Positions 41,439 through 56,298 of a DNA stretch of 64,000 nt are shown in pieces (within the stretch, counting starts at the first letter, position 1; each line of letters begins with the position of its first letter). The notes beneath the pieces were generated by a model. That model searched no databases, was not told the DNA's origin, and saw only the letters and a program-made list of their open reading frames with translations. Both the position numbers and the translations under genes were made by a program. The DNA comes from Balanoglossus misakiensis (taxonomy: Eukaryota; Animalia; Hemichordata): NCBI GenBank assembly GCA_040954595.2, contig CM082593.2, positions 1,064,901-1,128,900 on the forward strand, written 5' to 3'.

Positions 41439-43506
41439 CTAAGATCGTGCCGAAGATTTACAGCTATCGAAATATTTCACTATCCTCTTGCTGCTTTTAA
41501 TAATTCTGTCTTGAGTAAGATTCAAACATGTCGAAAGAAGGGCCATCCCAAATAAAATATAAGTTGCAAGAATAAGACAAGAGAAGACGCGGATATATTC
41601 TTCATCAGTCCTGGATAAATACAATTGAACGTCACCGAATCCAATCGTCGTTAAGGTTATGACGCAGAAATATACGGCTGTGAAAAACGACCAGTCTTGT
41701 GTTCGACCAAACACCAACCCTCCCAGCAGAATGTAGCCGAACAACATCACACTGAGGACGACGAAGGGAACGTCGTCAGACATTTGGCATTTCGCGTCGT
41801 CTGCTCCTGGATTTTCATTCAGCTCTGCAAAGTCTGCACCTTCAGTTTGGTCTTCCGTTTGCGTTTGAGTCGTTCGATATTTTCGGACGACATTTGCATT
41901 CGGAACATCCCCCTGAGATTCGAACGACTCGCCCGATGTGAAGACGCCGGAATCGTTCGATCCACTGATTGTGAAGATATCACTGCTCTTTCGTCGCCGT
42001 CTTTCGCGTGGAAGCCAAAATCTGCAGGGTTGATCCTCCATTACCTCGGCATCTTCACTTTGTCCCGTTGACACATCAGAATCGATGGGTGCGAACGTCT
42101 GTTCCTGGGACTTTTCCGTACTGGTGATTTGATCCCATGATGTGTTATTAACGTCATACCAAGAATATTGTAAGTCATTTGCATCTAATGGCCAGACTTT
42201 CGTGATACTAGTTCTCGCCCTGTAGAGTGTTTGTGTGGAATCATCCCAAAATGATTCCATGGTATTGGAGAGTTGTTTTTCTTGTGGTCTTGAAGAGTTA
42301 TAGTTGTGTCCACTCTCTTGGGATTCACGTCGACTTGGCGATAAGGAGTGCTGCCGAGTCTTCAAAATCCAGTTTTCGTAAAAATCCTCATTCAAGGCAT
42401 GGTCTTTGTCGTGTATACCCTCCCCTTTGACGTCACTCTTTTGGCATCTACATGAATGTCTAATCTTGCAGACGACAGATTTGGTCAAATTTCCCAGCTC
42501 CTGGCCGACTTTGGAAAGGAAAAGAAGATTCAAAGGAATGCCAAAGATGGCGTAGATTATACAAAAGCCCCGACCCAGGTTTCCAAGAGGGACCGTGTAG
42601 CCATAACCTGAAAAACGAAAGCAACGCATATTAAGGTTCATGTTTCAATATACCATTTTCCGATGTCCACGAGATCCTGCGAGATCTCGCGTAGTCAGGC
42701 ACTTTATATAGGAGGAAAGTTTCAATAGAGCTTTCGATTATCTCTAAGGTCTATGGAAAAGTCTTAGAAAAAGTCTTACGTAATTTTAAATATTGTCGTC
42801 AAGGGGCTTGAAAAGTACCCGTTTACCGGGGCATCATGGGAGACAAAAATCAAGGGTGCCAGCAGATCTTCAGAAGGTGCTAAACATGCCCTCATGGAAG
42901 CCAATCACAAGGTTTACTGCAACACGATCGCGCAACTTACAATTGTATAGAATTCGCACATAGAAGCTAATACTGACAGATTTTTTCCCAAAACATCGAC
43001 AGTTCCCCTATCTTTTTTTGTGATTGAGGGTTTTCGACAGACTTGTTTATCCTTGCATACCAAAATTGTCACCACCATGAAAATAGTCGAACCAACGACA
43101 AAAGGCAGAACCCCCTTCCACAAAGAGATTTCACCACAGACTCTGAGTCGCACTCACCTATAGTAGTAACAACTGTGATGCAAAATAAACCAGCTGTAAG
43201 CAAACTCCACTGTTTCTGATTGAGACGATTTTCACTGACAGTAACCAGTTGATCGTATTTCATCAATAACACCACGATCCTGTCCATGCGATTGGCCGTG
43301 CCGTTGCTACAGATAGCGTCCACTTCTTTGAACACTTTTTCCCGCATGGCCTCTATTCGTTCTGTGTTCAGTTCTTCCGTGTTGCCCTCCAGATAGCAGA
43401 ACACGGCAGCGCCAAACGTGATGTAAGCCACGAAGACAACAGCCAAAGCCAGACATGTACCACTGGAACCAAAAACCCAAGAACGCCAATCGCAACGTGA
43501 AGTCAT
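41439..43506 (-). CDS. Two-pore-domain (K2P) potassium channel, TRESK/TWK-like, copy A
   Basis: Exons 43506-43158 and 42607-41439. Pore 1 TVVTTIG/YG is split by the intron; pore 2 is TLTTIGFGD. Four TM segments with a long M2-M3 cytosolic loop. Confidence 0.92.
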
Positions 43507-44714
43507 GTTGGCGACCAGGACTCACACGAACCTCCGTGTGATGGGTGACCACCGATAGATCTGTATGTGGAAGGCCATGGCAAATTAACACCTTGACCTC
43601 CAATAATGAGTAATTATAAATTCACAATATGTGCATAATGAACAACACAAAACCAGCAATCACATAGATTTGCCACAATTTAGTATCATAATTAGCATTT
43701 TATGCAATTTAGAGCGAGGGATCTATCGACATTTACTTTGAATAGTTACGTACAATTGCCATGTCGAAATGACGATATGTTGTCATCGGGCAACAAGCGT
43801 GTAGAGTTCATGATACAGGGATATGAACTGCCAAACAGATGCGGGTATTGGAGTTAAACGGGCCCAAATGGTACACAGGCACTGTCCATAGTGCCATTCA
43901 ACACGCATTCAAATTTTATGTAATACATAGTTCTGTATGCAAATACAACGTTTATGTATATTCATGTAATTAACTTTACAACTTTGCCATGATTATTTGT
44001 ACAAGAATAAGGAAAACTCACCCACGACAAGATTTTAATGTGAAAACACTAGTGCTCATTGTAAGTGATATTGGTATATTTCTGTGAACAGAACGAGTAA
44101 TTACGTCATCGAAAATGGTCAGAGTGCCAAAATATCGACCATGATGAAAGATGTCCAATAGTATGGGCTCTCCAATCAAAGAAACATTTCAAACGACGCC
44201 GACTTCACTAATTAACGTTCACCAGCGGGTACATCCATGGACACGAACACATCTTTTGTATTGAAATGTGAATTGATGATATTACCGTGAGCTAATTAGC
44301 CGTGCATTGTTACAATAGAACATTGTTTGATTGCTGGAAATCAATGTCCATATTGTAAACTTCAAGTTTGGTTCGGAAAACCCACACCCATTTTTATTTC
44401 TTCATCTTCAGTGAAAAACTACAAGAAAAAAAGTGATGGCACTTTTGACGAACGAGTTGCAAACATCCACGTACATATTTTGACAAACACCAAATGGAAC
44501 TTGGCAAATACTAATGATCATTAGATAATGAGGAAACAATCGAAAGCTCTCCTCTTGGCGCTGATGTGCAGCGGTCTCGTAAGGTTGATTTTGATTGGCC
44601 AGTTCCGTTGTCATTTCACTCTTCAAACAGGTGGACAACAGGTGCACGAATGATATAACCTATGATGATAGGCTCTCCGAGGCGCTACACCCCCCTCTCT
44701 GGAACCCCATGGTT

Positions 44715-46681
44715 TCAGCCATCCAGATATTTGACAATTCTCTTGCCGAGCGCGACGATTCTGTCTTGCGTGAGATTCAGACACGTGGAGACGAGAGCCA
44801 TGCCGACCAGAATGTAGGCTGTCAGGAAGAGGCAAGTGAATACTCGGGCGTACTCATCGTCGTACTTGGTTATATTCAGGTCAACGTCGCCGAATCCAAT
44901 CGTTGTGAGCGTTACAACACAAAAATACACCGCTGTTGAGAATGTCCACCCTTGTGATTTACGAAATATCAAAGCTCCAAGAAGTACGTAACAAACTATC
45001 ATGGTCGCCAACACTGTATAAGGGACATCATATGCATCCGTTTCCTCGCCCCCTTCAGGACTTGGTAAGTTTGCACAGATTTCAGTCTGCGTTTGCGCTG
45101 TTCGACAATTTCCTGTCACATCAGATTCGAGGAGCAATGTGTTGGAGATTTCGCCGCTATCGGGAGGGGCGCTGATGGTGAATACGTCACATTTCTTTCT
45201 TCCTCTTGAACGAGGAAACCAGCATCTGCTCGGTGGAAGTTGGTCGATGTCGACGTGTTCTTTTTGTCTCGGCGAAACATCTGGCTTCTCGGACTGGGAA
45301 AGTCTCGGCTCTGGCGGCTCCGTGAGAGACAGTTCAATGTGTTTGATAGTTTCAATGTCCCACGACACTTCGGCATCGCGGTTCTCAAGCCCAAAGTCTG
45401 TCGGTTCCAACGGCCAAACTTCAGCGAGCTTGACACTCGGTTTGTAAGGCCTGATAGTCCACGTGGAATACTTATTAGGTAAGCGTTCATCTTTCCTGGA
45501 AGGCGTGCGTTTCACATTTTCCTGCCTTTCTTCCATCTGTTGTGATCTGCCCTCACCAAGATCACACCTTCCAGAAAACTTTCCAGAACTGGCATTGTTC
45601 ACAGCGTCACTTCTGCCTCGACCAATCTCGACTCCATCTTTCTGATACTTGCATAATCTGTGCCTGACAGTGACAACAAGAGACCGGGTCGCACGCCCCA
45701 TCTCGTGACCGACTTTGGACAGAAATACGAGATTTAGAGGTATTCCTAACAGAGCATAGAACATACAGAAGGTTCGACCAGCCGTTCCCAGGGGAACTGT
45801 ATACCCATAACCTGTAAGAATAACATACAGCGAAAAGATATCTGAACAACGTACCATTTTGCTTGGCCATGTATTTAATCTATGGACAGAATGATGTATT
45901 TCTAGTATTAAGATTAATAATTTTTCAAAAGGTTTCGCACGATCGTCAAACAGCAAAATTGGCAGCTACTGTCGTGTGACCTAGACAATTTGATACGTAT
46001 AGGTTTCTGTCGAAGATGCATATCAAACCACTGTGTTGAAACATACCAGTATAATTTTATCTAGTCCACTTTGATGAACCGTTGCAGGTATATTTTAATT
46101 GAGTACACATGATGTGCTGTTACTGACCAACAACCTGCATTTTTTGTTTATACGTACGACAATCGTCAGCTTCTTCTTGCATTAAGTAGGCCAGACCGTT
46201 GATAAACTTTGTTGAGATATCACAATATTAAAACTATCATCGTTCTTTTTCTACTCGTTTTTTCAGCAATTTATTATAATAAAAGCCTAACGAAGTCTAA
46301 GAATCCTCACCCACCTATGGTCGTGACGACGGTGATGCAGAACAAACCAGCAGTGAGAAGACTCCATTCTTGGTGGTTGACGCGATGGTGACTCATACTG
46401 ACCAACTCATCATATGTGGCCAACAGATCTATGGCGTGCTGCACGCGATCGTCGGATGTCTCGTTCGAACAAATTCTGTCCAAAGTCTCCATGATGATTG
46501 CTTTCATGTCTTCCATTCGCTCCGACGTTACTTGAACATGGTAAGGACCCTCCAGGTAACAGAACACCGCGGCACCAAATGTGATGTAAGCCACCAAAAT
46601 AACCGCCAATATGAAGCATGTACCGCTTGGTCCAAACACTATGGAGCGCCAACCAAATCGCGACTTCTTCGACGTTACCAT
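44715..46681 (-). CDS. Two-pore-domain (K2P) potassium channel, TRESK/TWK-like, copy B (tandem paralog)
   Basis: Exons 46681-46315 and 45811-44715. Same intron position inside TTIG/YG as copy A; WSLLTAGLFCITVVTTIG is identical; pore 2 is TLTTIGFGD. Confidence 0.92.
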
Positions 46682-48343
46682 GGTAACTGTCAAAGCTATT
46701 TTTTCCAGTTCTAAGTGCAGCCCTGTGCAACAGTGTCCAATGATGCGAAGGTACGTATGATAACTTAGCTTAAATACCCGACTCTAGTCCAAAATTCAAA
46801 TTCAAAAACAGTCATGACGTAATGGAATTACAAATAGGCCTAACCAGCAAATCATTCCAAGGACATTAAAATGATCAATATGACATAGCCGTTCAGTACA
46901 GAGATGCCAACCATATAAATAAATATAAACATATTTAAATTGGCAGTTTTTATCTCAACGACAGATTAGAGACTATAGAATTCTTAATATAGGAGTTTGA
47001 GATCAGTTGTATTTTATTATGGAGCGGCCTTCGACTGAAGGCAATGTACGATGATCTTCAATCTGTTTAATGTATTCATATACTGGCTACCGTTATGTTA
47101 ATTAATCAGTGTTGCCTCATTAGTATATGCAGAATTGATCACAGTTTGGTAGTCAATTTCAATCTGGAAATTCCAATTAATGGACATACACATACATGGC
47201 GTTTTGTGATACAAACAGTTTAAAATAGTGTGAAAAGTTACAGACACCGATTGTGAAAAATACTACATTTGTCTGACAGAGTACATTTGAATAATATTGG
47301 GTCATTTAGAGGTCGCAGCGTTGCACTACGACTCGTAGGCTATGCATTAGCAGCGTTTGAAATTTAGACATAGCATTGCAGATCTCCTGCTGAAAATGTC
47401 AAAATATACCCTGACTTATTTCAACCTCCGCGCTCGCGTGGTTCTTACCGAAAAATCGTGGTTCTTACGTTATACAGCCTACAAAGTCAAAAATTTTCAA
47501 GGTTCTAGCTTACAAAGTCTTAATTTTAGTCTATGCGATGATAATTTCTCATTAAAAATTAACAATTAAGGCTCTATAGCTCTCTCATATCATCAAGGTT
47601 ATTAGATAGGCAGTGAACAAAAACGACAATTGTATAGCCACTTTATTCAATGACAATGTATTGATGCTACAAAGAAATATGGTGCACTCTTTTCAACTCA
47701 GTTCAGTTGTAAATAGAGGATGTAAATGCTACGACCCACAACTGCAAATTCCGCAAATACTTTGAATGGTTGGCCTAGCTGACCCGATTCATCGTTATCA
47801 GCAAACGATGCTTTCCCGAATACATCGTACGGTATAAAATGAAATTGGCCGAAACTGACCGCGGTTCTAGCGCGTCGTGCAACGATCGAGGTGATAATTA
47901 TAGTAAGCAGCAGACCCGATTTACATATGTAAGATTCAAAATTAGAATGTCAAACTATGCTGTGGTGGCGCCCTTCTCAACAAACATTCAAACAAAAGCC
48001 CAACAATCACTGCTCCCTAATTTGCATATTACATTTAACACCTGTGTGATCCTATAAAAAACTGGTTCACACGTTGAGTTGGTGCCACTTGATTTCAGAA
48101 GCCCGCTGCAGTGCTGACTTTGCTGCAGTTCTCATGACTTGAAATAAGGGGGCCCGTCAAGCTGAAATCCAAAGCCTCGGAAGTGGCAATTTTACACTTA
48201 AAAATAACTGCAGATAATTTCAGGCGCGCTGGAGTTTCTGTTAGCATAGCATGGCGTGGTTAGCACCGTGGACTGTGGCGAATGTCAACACTCTCGCACA
48301 GTCACGGTAGCGGTTGATAGGCTAGGCCATTACATGTACTCTT

Positions 48344-51300
48344 CTATGTGCTGACTACACCATAGGCGGTGACAGCCAGTGGCTTTTGGGGAGTAAAATA
48401 CAAGTGTTTGGTAAGCATTGACACGAGGGAAGGCATTTGTTTTTTCCTGTTCATGTGAGCCAGCTTCTCGGAAGTACTGGTGTTGGACTCGAATTTTTTG
48501 GCCACTTCCCCGTTTACTCGCGTCAGCATCTTCACCAGGTCCATAGTCTCACCGTGGCTGTCTAGCACTCTGCAGAGCGCCTGTATGAAACACGACCCGG
48601 TGGATGGATTCCTCCACGAATAGTAACCTGAAATAAACAACAGGAGTGTGACGTCATCATTTTCGTCGTCATCATTACCACCTGAACTATCATTTTTTTA
48701 ACTTTCACAAATTACCCGACTATGCGTCTCAATTTTTTATCGAAATTATTTTCAGCGAGAACGCCTTAATACCCATGATGACCCATTGAATATAATATGT
48801 GACCCTCTCACCATTCACTGTGGAATAATACATCAGAAAATCGGCTTCCTCTGGTAAACGTTGAGAGCACCCTGCATCCACTTCGTCATAACCCAGGGTT
48901 ATACCGTCGTCCATTTTGAAACCCCGACATGCCTATCGCACATAAAAAAGATTAAATTCTTTCGGATGATATGAAAATGCACATGCCTATGGCGATGAGA
49001 TGATCCCACGTATTCAAAACGCGACAGGTGTACATAGTACATGGACTCTAAGCCATGCAAGCAAAGCTAAAAGTAGACATCTAAAAAACAAAGTTGGCCA
49101 ATCAGAAGATCTCATGTGATAATGTCGTAATGTGTTAATGAAAAACTTGCGTGAAACGTTATATAATGTTTTACCAGTATGAGTAGACTGTTTTTGCAGT
49201 AGTATTATCGATTGGAAGATCGATTTTAGATATTTTAAACACGAAAAACGAAAAACATAACCAAGTCTGTGGGTGGCGCATTGTCAATAGAACAAATCAC
49301 GTGACGTGTTGATAACAGGAGAAGATGTCAATCAACCTTTACTCTTGTCACCGTATTTAGTTGATAGTCAGTCAGCGTTATATTTAGAAACACTCTGCCC
49401 TACAATCATTAGAACACGCGGCACAGGTGTCAAGCTGACATGAACTTCAACCTGACAAGGTGACCCATACTAAATCCGAGTTCTTAATATAGAGACAAGT
49501 ATTTTGAAAAGGACAATTTGAAAAACAAAATACCTTTCTTTATAATGCGAATCATATTGCCACTTGCGTGGAATTTAAACCATAGACAGCGTCGGCTGTC
49601 TATATTACAATGTAAGTTTTATCGCCAAATTTACCTGTACGAAGAACAATTTGGGTTTCCCTGCTAGTGTCGGACATGCGTCGCCTTTGAAGTGAGCAGT
49701 CATATTCTCCACCGTCATTGGTCCATCGCTGCCGTAGACCTGATCGTCATCCCCGCCGTGGGACAATATGGCCACCGCGACACAGTCTCTGTTGCTATGG
49801 TTTTCCTTGGCAACTAAATTGAAGAAAACACGAAATAGGATATTACAAACAACGACTACAACATCAGGCCGGGAAGCCAACTTTGACAACTTGTGGCCCA
49901 ACTTCGTCTCTCGCAAGCTTACTGTAAGTAGGCTGCCCTGCCAAAAACGGAGGAAACGAAAACGTGATACAAATGGAGACATTTTATCCAGTTTTACCCC
50001 TTTGCATCAGATCATGTATTTCTCGCACCGTCAGATCATCGTGTCTGCCAACATCAAAACCCAGTTTTGAAAAACTCTGTTGCAGGCTCTGAGCGTCGAT
50101 ATCCGTGCCGTCTCTGCTTTCTAACCCCGAGGCGTCGAAATTTTTGTTGTTGATGATAATGGCACGACCTCGTTTTCTGTGTGACATGTGGTATTCGTGC
50201 GGATTTGGGATAAAATCAGGTTCCTTCACGACTTCCGGTTTCTTTTTTGATTTTCTGTGGAAGGTTTGAAAAGAAAACGAGCTGAATAGTGAGTTTGGTA
50301 TTTCTTGATGATGAAATGGTTTCTGTTTTCTGGATTAAGTCTGATAATCGTAGATTTCAGACGCACAGGGTGCCGTGACGATATGAATCTTCATTTAACT
50401 TGAACAATTTCATTCTGGTTTGTTTTCGTGCGATTGATCTGATTGTTCTGACGGCCAGGAACCATACCGATATGGCACCAACGACAATGACAAGTCACGT
50501 GAGTTAATGCATGTGTCACGAGTTCTCCTGTACATCGCCAACTTATACCGTCGTTTATTTAGTTTCGATTTGTACGAGCAAATAAAGTAGATAACGGCCT
50601 CAGTTATATACAAGTTGCGGGCTATCAGTCCTCGTGCAAAATATAGAAAAAAGACGATCATTATTCATTTGTCTGTCAAATTCCATAGAATAGGGGCACG
50701 GTATGTGTGTACTACCCAAATATATGAAGTACCAGTAAAACTCGAGAAAGGAAGTATGATAAATTGTGTTACCTGAAAACTTTAGGTATCGCATCCGTGT
50801 CATCCGAGGTATTCGGATCGGCGTTTGAGTGACTAGGAATCTGACGAGACCGTGTAGGTGCCGCGTCGGGGTCATCCCTGACTTCTCCGTCAGCACACAA
50901 ACCACCGTCAAGTGCGTCTCCAAGGTGGCTCTGGTCATCTGCCGTGGATTCGATGGTGACACTGTCCAAATCATTGGCAATACCTTTAATACGAACAGTT
51001 GACAAACATAGGTTAGATAAATTAAGCCTTTATAATTTGTGATGATTGTCCTTTCGTAATCAGCGTAGGCAGAAAATGGCGATCCAAATAAAAGATTGTG
51101 GTGAACTTATTTAACATGTACTTGATCATTGATATGGTAGAGACTGAGATCGCGTTTCTGTCGGGATAACTCGGTTGCGTTATATCGTGATGAAAATCAG
51201 TCGATGTCGACCCGACTTCCAAATTAAAAGCAAACCACTTGACAGATGATGTAATCTAATACACTTTCAAAACAAGACGGTCAAAATTGGCCAAAATTGA

Positions 51301-51376
51301 CGCCAAAGAAGTTGCAGCAATTGGATTTGAAATATTTGCGTTCGTTGAATCTGTACATACCTGCAACGTCTGCCAT
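48344..51376 (-). CDS. CASP7: Effector caspase (caspase-3/7-like)
   Basis: Exons 51376-51361, 50983-50773, 50254-49998, 49813-49635, 48932-48812, 48627-48344. RGRAIIINN, catalytic SHG and QACRG, linker DEVD/A, SWRN, acidic prodomain followed by basic RKSKKK as in caspase-7. The symbol is approximate. Confidence 0.9.
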
Positions 51377-53506
51377 AACTTGGATTTAAAAAAATCGACG
51401 ATTGTTTTAGCTCAACAAGAAAGGTACCAGATGTAGTTTCGGTCACGTCTTGCACCTCAACCTCACTCTGTAATCGTTTTGGGATTTTCAACAATAGAAT
51501 TATCTGTGTCCAGATTAATGTGACGGTGTTGTGTTCAGAGCCCCGTTTTGAATGTTTTCGGTTGTGCAATCGGGTTTAAATAACAACCTTGCACATCAAT
51601 CATTCCAAATATTATGATGCAAGGTTGCGAGTATGCATGAAGACATATCCAGAAATTGCCTGGGTATTACGTGTTCTTTAGAAACAGGGACAAAGTTCTG
51701 AGTTCAGATCTGCTCATCAAGTGTATAAATAGTATATTTGGTTCTCAAGACAATGCATTGTGACACTGAGTGCCAGGTGTTGGGGGTGTGTGGATAAGCA
51801 GCAACACAGCTGTGCCTATTCTCATACATCCAGAATTCCACATCCATCACATTGACAGACATTGGCAGAACAATGTAATTGTTTGTTAAATACATGTGCG
51901 GATTACGAAATAAAAACAAAAACTATTTTCATCAAGTTAGACGGAGCACATGACAATAGAATCAATTTTGGGGAAAACCATTTGAAATATACTTACATGG
52001 AATCGATACAAATTGGTATTTGATTGTGTGCAGCCAATGACACCCTTTTGTGTCTTGATAATTAATGTTGAAATCACAGGACTTTGCAATTTGACAGAAC
52101 GCCAACAATTTTGAAGAAGTGTCAAATTGGACACGAATAAGCTCATACTACATTTAAATCATATGATTCACAGTCAGTTCTATATTTAGTTGACCGGTAT
52201 CACCGTTTCGACCCAGTTCTGTCACCAAATGTGTAAACCATTGAATTAAATTCCAAAACACCAGGCCAAACTGACGTTTTACCATCTAAATGTAGAGCTA
52301 GAGGGGGTACTTCCCATGCATGCCGCCCTCTAGAGTGGATATCTAAAGAAACAAAACTTCAGACTCTCGGACCAGGCTTGAGCGCCGGTTTGATCATCAT
52401 GAGGGCGTCACATGACACTGGACGGTTTGTTTGATAGGTGTTTACCTCTGCCAACTGAGTAGAAATTTATTTGTTTGTATTTCCAGGTATTCGTGTGATA
52501 AACGTCATGAATCACGTCATCAACAACTCCGATATTATTGCATTTCCGCCAGGTTGGACTTTGATACTTTAGCTAAAGGCGTGAAAGAAGCAACTGTATA
52601 ATTTAATCTCACCAGTCCTCGCTCTGCTGCTCAACAATTCCTGGCGTTGACTGCCGAAGGTATTATTTTATCGAATGGTATTTTAGACCATGACAAGTTT
52701 TAACAGACATCAAACGCTCACTTGGTTCGCGAAGAACTAAAATTATCACAAAACAGGTAAGCGCATATGCTGATACACTGTTTTATTCTGTGGATCGCGA
52801 ATACTTCACGTTGGTGGGGGGGGGGGGGCATGAACGGATTGACTTTTGTGTCAAAAATTCATAGTAACAACAGCAATAAACTCACCGTTACTGAAAGAAA
52901 TCTAAAGTTGCCATTTATAAAGAAGTTATAACATTTTAAGGTTACTTTTAGTAAGTTCGTCAGCTTAATCTTCCATTTACTGACTGACCCGAGATTTTAT
53001 TCGTTTGGCTGCCATTAACGCGTTCCTCTGTATCCAACAAAGTGACTGTACATTGTGTTTGTTTTTACCTAAGCCGTGTCACGACTCTGACAAGGGCGAT
53101 AAATCTCTCACTTAATAATATTGAGGTCATTCGGGAATTCGTTCGAGGGGTGGTCATGGTTTGCACATTTTGAGATATTTCATTTCGACTTTTTTGTTTG
53201 TTTATTGGCCAGTCAATACATATTTTATTTGCATAACTTTATCCTCATTTCGAATATGATATTCAAAAGTGCAGTACAAATCCTCAGCCTGAAGTTCCAA
53301 TCATTAGAATGCATGCATTTCTAATCCCCGTATACGGTATAGACAATAACCCGAATCAACATAGATGAACGTATTATTGACAGCATGATCAAGTTCTCAA
53401 TTACCGAAACAAATTCTGATTTGCTCCGCCATGTTTTCTATTTCCCTCCAGAGTTTTACCCTGCGTTCTTCTTCAACAAACTATGGTGGAATAACCGATC
53501 TCCAGA

Positions 53507-55926
<2,420 letters not shown>

Positions 55927-56298
55927 AATAATTTGGTTGGAAACTCTGGTCTGCATTCCCAATTTGCAATGAGTGCAATAGCTTGCAGTGTTTGTCTGAA
56001 ATCAGTATGTAATCGACTACAATCTTTGTAAATGGTATAAAAATACACAAATTTGCAAGTATTACGTGCCATACTTAATTGTTTTCTTGCCAGGTTGTAT
56101 ATAAAAAAAGTCACATTGTACACATGCTAACCTGTCATACAAACTTTGCCATTAAGTTTTAGTTTTTTTATTATCATATACGGACGTTCACTGTATTGTA
56201 AAAACATAATCATGTAAAATATTTTAAATTCATATTAAAATTATACATATAAGAATAAAACTCTTCACTTAAAGTAATTTTTGTCACGTAAGTGCCAA

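Noticed and set aside
44685-44717. Possible TGA readthrough or Sec at the K2P copy B stop
   Set aside because: No readthrough context or SECIS seen, and the extension does not match the copy A tail.
47280-47570. CpG-rich intergenic stretch with an imperfect palindrome, probably a repeat fragment
   Set aside because: No second copy or clear termini within the window.
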